Assembly: GCA_033097465.1 (NCBI GenBank) | Contig: AP028633.1 | Span: 4,142,139 to 4,206,138, forward strand | DNA from: Acidothermaceae bacterium B102 | GTDB taxonomy: Bacteria > Actinomycetota > Actinomycetes > JAWWOL01 | Length of the DNA stretch: 64,000 nt | Reading direction: 5' to 3' | Shown here: positions 60,925 to 64,000 of the stretch, one piece after another | Layout of the letters: every line of letters begins with the position of its first letter | Numbering within the stretch: the stretch's first letter is position 1 | Notes under the pieces: generated by a model | The model's database searches: none | What the model was told of the DNA's origin: nothing | What the model saw: only the letters and a program-made list of their open reading frames with translations | Made by a program: the position numbers and the translations under genes

Positions 60925-62463
60925 GTGCGGCCGCGGGAGGGGTGTCCTGTGTCGCGACGTGGGCCGCTGCTGGGTTCCCGCGGCCTGCGCCTGGTCAAGG
61001 GCGGTGGCGTCACTGCTCTCGTCCTCGCCAGTCTGATCCTGCCGGGCAGCTACTCGGCCTTTTCCGCGACCGACCACGCCCGAGGCTCGCTGACCGCTGT
61101 GAGCTCGTTCTACGGCTCGGTCGTGCTCGGCGACGGACCGGCCGGTTACTGGCGCCTGGACGGGCCCACCGTGACCGACTCCGCGGGCAGCAGCAACGGC
61201 ACCACCGTCGGCACGGTCACGACCGTCCCCGGAGAGACCCCGGACGGCGACACCGCCGTGAAGACGACGACCGCCGGCAACCTGTTGCTGCCGTGGACAG
61301 TGAGTGGGGACGCCTCGGTCGAGCTGTCCTTCATGGTCGCCGCGTCCGCGAGCACCGTCGGCAACGCCACCTACTGGCCCAGCGTCTCGCCCTTGGTCTC
61401 GACCTGGACAGGGGCGGCCGACGGCGACTTCGGGATCGGACTGGACTCCGCCGGCAACCTGGTGGCGGGCATGGGCGCGGGCGGCACCAACGTCACCATC
61501 GCCTCGTCCGGCACCAGCTACAAGGACGGCGCCTGGCACCACCTGGTCTGGACCCGCGACGTGACCACGGGCGCCATGACGCTGTACGCCGACGGGGCTG
61601 TGGTGGCGTCGGGCGCCGGCGGCACCCAGCCGCTCACGTCGCGGTCCGCGCTGAGCCTGGGCGTGTTCCCGTACTTCAGCGCCCCCGCCGGGTCGATCCC
61701 GACGCCGCTCGACATGGGCGTGGACGAGGTCGCGACCTACGCGACGGTGCTCAGCGGCGGCCAAGTGGCGGTGCACAACGCCGCGCGCACCGCGGGGTAC
61801 GCGGCGGCCGTGCAGGCCGACTCACCGGTCGGCTACTGGCGCCTCGACGACAGCTCCGGCCCCTCGGCCGCGGCCACGGTCGGCGCTGCGGGCAGCTATC
61901 TCGGCAGCGTCACCTACGCCGTCCCGGGGGCCGTCACCGGCAGCACCGCCGTCCACCTCTCGCCGACCGTCGGCTACATCGCCGTGCCGCGGCTGGTGGC
62001 CAACGACTTCTCGATCGAGTTCTGGTTCAAGGACGCGGCGCCGGTCGAGGACGGCCACACCCAATGGTGGCAGGGCGCGGCGCTCGTCGACGGCGACGTG
62101 TCGGGGGTCGCCAACGACTACGGCATCAGCATCGACGGCAGCGGCCACCTGATGGCCGGCGTCGGCAACCCGGACACGACGCTCCACGCCAACGCGGCCG
62201 ACTACGGCGACGGCGCCTGGCACCACGTGGTCTTCACCCGCACGATGTCGAGCGGCGCGATCGCGCTGTACGTCGACGGGGCGCTGCAGGCGTCCAACCC
62301 CGGCACGGGCAACACCGGCCCGTTGAACGCCGCGTCGATCCTCACCCTCGGCGAGTACTCCACCGGCACAGGCGGCAGTGCGGCGACGATCGACGAGCTC
62401 GCCCAGTACCCCAGCGTGCTCACGCCCGCCCAGGTCGCCGCGCACTACGCCCAGGGCAGCTAA
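60925..62463 (+). CDS. secreted protein with two LamG (concanavalin-A-like) domains
   Basis: Duplicated DGAWHHLVWTRD...LYADGAVVASG and DGAWHHVVFTRT...LYVDGALQASN modules. The true start may be an internal GTG near 60948. Confidence 0.7.
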   Translation: MRPREGCPVSRRGPLLGSRGLRLVKGGGVTALVLASLILPGSYSAFSATDHARGSLTAVSSFYGSVVLGDGPAGYWRLDGPTVTDSAGSSNGTTVGTVTTVPGETPDGDTAVKTTTAGNLLLPWTVSGDASVELSFMVAASASTVGNATYWPSVSPLVSTWTGAADGDFGIGLDSAGNLVAGMGAGGTNVTIASSGTSYKDGAWHHLVWTRDVTTGAMTLYADGAVVASGAGGTQPLTSRSALSLGVFPYFSAPAGSIPTPLDMGVDEVATYATVLSGGQVAVHNAARTAGYAAAVQADSPVGYWRLDDSSGPSAAATVGAAGSYLGSVTYAVPGAVTGSTAVHLSPTVGYIAVPRLVANDFSIEFWFKDAAPVEDGHTQWWQGAALVDGDVSGVANDYGISIDGSGHLMAGVGNPDTTLHANAADYGDGAWHHVVFTRTMSSGAIALYVDGALQASNPGTGNTGPLNAASILTLGEYSTGTGGSAATIDELAQYPSVLTPAQVAAHYAQGS

Positions 62464-62843
62464 CGCCAGCCGTGCCGGCCTCGTCGTCCGTGGCCACGTA
62501 CGACCAAAAACGCCGCGAGGAACAGGAACACCGGCGGGTAGCCGTGGACGATCGCGCCCACCGTGCTGACGACGAGGAACAGCGCCAGCAGCAGGAAGAC
62601 CGGGTGGTACGGGGCCTGGCGGCGCACCTGCCGGCGCGGACGCTCCGGGCCCTCGAGGACCGCGACGGACGAGCCTGGCAGGTCGGCGAACAGCGGGGCG
62701 AGCTCCGCGCCCGTCTTGGCGGCGTAGACCGCGGACAGCCGCTCTTCGAGCTCGACCCGGTCCAGCCGGCCGGCCGCGTAGTGGCCGGACAGTGACTCGG
62801 CGGCGGCGTCCCGCTCGAGGTCACCGATGCGAACGTTGGCCAT
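62460..62843 (-). CDS. DUF1707 domain membrane protein
   Basis: ATG at 62843 (MANVRIGDLERDAAAESLSGHYAAGRLDRVELEERLSAVYAAKTGAELAPLFADLP), plus 2 transmembrane segments. Confidence 0.7.
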   Translation of the reverse strand: MANVRIGDLERDAAAESLSGHYAAGRLDRVELEERLSAVYAAKTGAELAPLFADLPGSSVAVLEGPERPRRQVRRQAPYHPVFLLLALFLVVSTVGAIVHGYPPVFLFLAAFLVVRGHGRRGRHGWR

Positions 62844-62925
62844 GACCCATACCTCCACGGACTCCGTAATCATGTAATGGCAGTCTGCGTCGCGAGATCG
62901 CGAACGGCAAGGCGTCGTCGAGAAC

Positions 62926-63306
62926 TTGTCAGGGTCGCCGCCTAGGCTGGGCAGCGTGCCCCTCCGCCGTGTCCTCGCCTGCGCCCTCGTCGGCGCGTCC
63001 CTGCTCGGCGGCCTGACGGGCTGCAAGTACGGCGACGCGCTGTCCAAGCGCGAGGTCGTGGTGCTGTTCAAACCGGGCGCCACCCAGGCCCAGCACCGGC
63101 TGCTGCTCGCCAGCTGCAGCGACGTCGCCAACGCCATCCCCGAGCCGATGGGCACCGGCACGATGGTCTCCGAGCTGGCCAGCAACGTGCGGTTCCGGGT
63201 CGACAAGGCGAGCGACGCCGAGCTCGCCCAGCTCACCGAGTGCTTCCAGAAGCCGCAGTTCGCCAGCTTCGTGCAGAGCTACGACATCCCGGACCTCAGC
63301 CACTAG
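62926..63306 (+). CDS. hypothetical lipoprotein
   Basis: Signal peptide with a lipobox (LLGGLTGC). Confidence 0.5.
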   Translation: MSGSPPRLGSVPLRRVLACALVGASLLGGLTGCKYGDALSKREVVVLFKPGATQAQHRLLLASCSDVANAIPEPMGTGTMVSELASNVRFRVDKASDAELAQLTECFQKPQFASFVQSYDIPDLSH

Positions 63307-63310
63307 ACCG

Positions 63311-64000
63311 ATGCGACCCCGCCCGGTCATCCTCCATCTCGACCTCGACGCCTTCTTCGCCGCCGTCGAGCAGCGCGACAAGCCGTCGTTGCGCGGCAAG
63401 CCGGTCGTAGTCGGCGGCACCGGGCCGCGCGGCGTTGTCTCGACGGCCAGCTACGAGGCCCGCCGGTACGGGGTGCACAGCGCGATGTCCGGAGCGGAGG
63501 CCCGTCGCCGCTGCCCCAACGCGGCCTTCCTGCACCCGCGTTTCGGTGCGTACCGGATGGCCAGTGACGTCGTCATGTCGACCTTGCGCGAGCTATCGCC
63601 GCTCATCGAGCCTTTGTCGCTTGATGAGGCATATGTCGATCTGTCGGCAGGGGAGCACCCCGATCTGGACACCGAGGCAGTGCGCGAGATCGCCGTACGG
63701 CTGCGCCGCACCATCACCGAACGCACCGGGCTCACCGCTTCGGTGGGCGCCGGCTCGTCCAAGCTGGTCGCCAAGATCGCGTCCGACCTCGACAAGCCGG
63801 ACGGCCTGCTCGTCGTACCGCCGGGCGATGAACTGACGCTGCTGCACGGGCTGCCGGTGACCCGGCTCTGGGGAGTCGGGCCTGCCACCGCCCAGCGGCT
63901 GCAGCGCCTCGGCGTCACCACCGTCGCAGAGCTGGCCGCTATCCCGGTCGACGAGCTGATCGGGGTCGTCGGGCAGTCAGTCGGCGCAGGGCTCGCCGCC
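63311..64000 (+). CDS. dinB: DNA polymerase IV, N-terminal about 230 aa (the gene continues beyond the window)
   Basis: MRPRPVILHLDLDAFFAAVEQRDKPSLRGKPVVVGG...LSLDEAYVDL. Confidence 0.85.
   Translation, partial: MRPRPVILHLDLDAFFAAVEQRDKPSLRGKPVVVGGTGPRGVVSTASYEARRYGVHSAMSGAEARRRCPNAAFLHPRFGAYRMASDVVMSTLRELSPLIEPLSLDEAYVDLSAGEHPDLDTEAVREIAVRLRRTITERTGLTASVGAGSSKLVAKIASDLDKPDGLLVVPPGDELTLLHGLPVTRLWGVGPATAQRLQRLGVTTVAELAAIPVDELIGVVGQSVGAGLAA

Overview
This is a 64-kb high-GC (about 70%) actinobacterial chromosomal segment. The order of its core genes resembles the Mycobacterium tuberculosis Rv1445c–Rv1475c region.

Core genes, in order:
- The pentose-phosphate operon tkt-tal-zwf-opcA-pgl, on the minus strand.
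- ctaB, divergent from tkt.
- ctaA.
- The complete sufR-sufB-sufD-(Rieske)-sufC-sufS-sufU-sufT operon, followed by a dihydrouridine synthase gene.
- An ABC-F ATPase, a small helix-turn-helix gene and a crotonase-like gene.
- A TetR (AcnR-like) gene overlapping aconitase.
- A Sir2 deacylase and the start of dinB.

Three accessory blocks sit between these core genes.

(i) 7.4–16.6 kb, between ctaB and ctaA:
- Two large ATPase-type LuxR regulators (LAL family).
- A DUF4242 gene, a PadR–siderophore-interacting-protein operon, a small secreted protein and an acidic hypothetical.

(ii) 26.0–39.6 kb:
- A lower-GC islet with a small membrane protein.
- Two tandem secreted glycoside-hydrolase paralogs.
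- An NfeD–flotillin operon.
- Two tandem palindromic units of about 65 bp.
- An overlapping S66 LD-carboxypeptidase–GNAT pair.
- A double-domain FtsX permease with two ATPase genes.

(iii) 42.8–54.4 kb and the tail:
- A 1105-aa LPxTG-type repeat adhesin, an MsbA-like exporter and a MarR gene.
- An ECF sigma and anti-sigma pair convergent on a GH54 arabinofuranosidase fused to two ricin-B modules.
- An SDR gene and an ArsR-DUF operon.
- A secreted RCC1-repeat protein, a two-LamG-domain protein and a DUF1707 gene.

I found no rRNA, tRNA, CRISPR array or transposase. Several strong hairpin terminators and candidate operators are visible.

CDS coordinates follow the supplied ORF track, with start codons re-chosen by in-frame arithmetic. 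Positions of non-coding features were read by eye from the sequence. For at least two loci (near 10.9 kb and 37.9 kb) my reading of the printed lines disagreed with the track by 1–2 nt, and within the first I could not follow a consistent frame through one line, so treat these positions as approximate to a few nucleotides.
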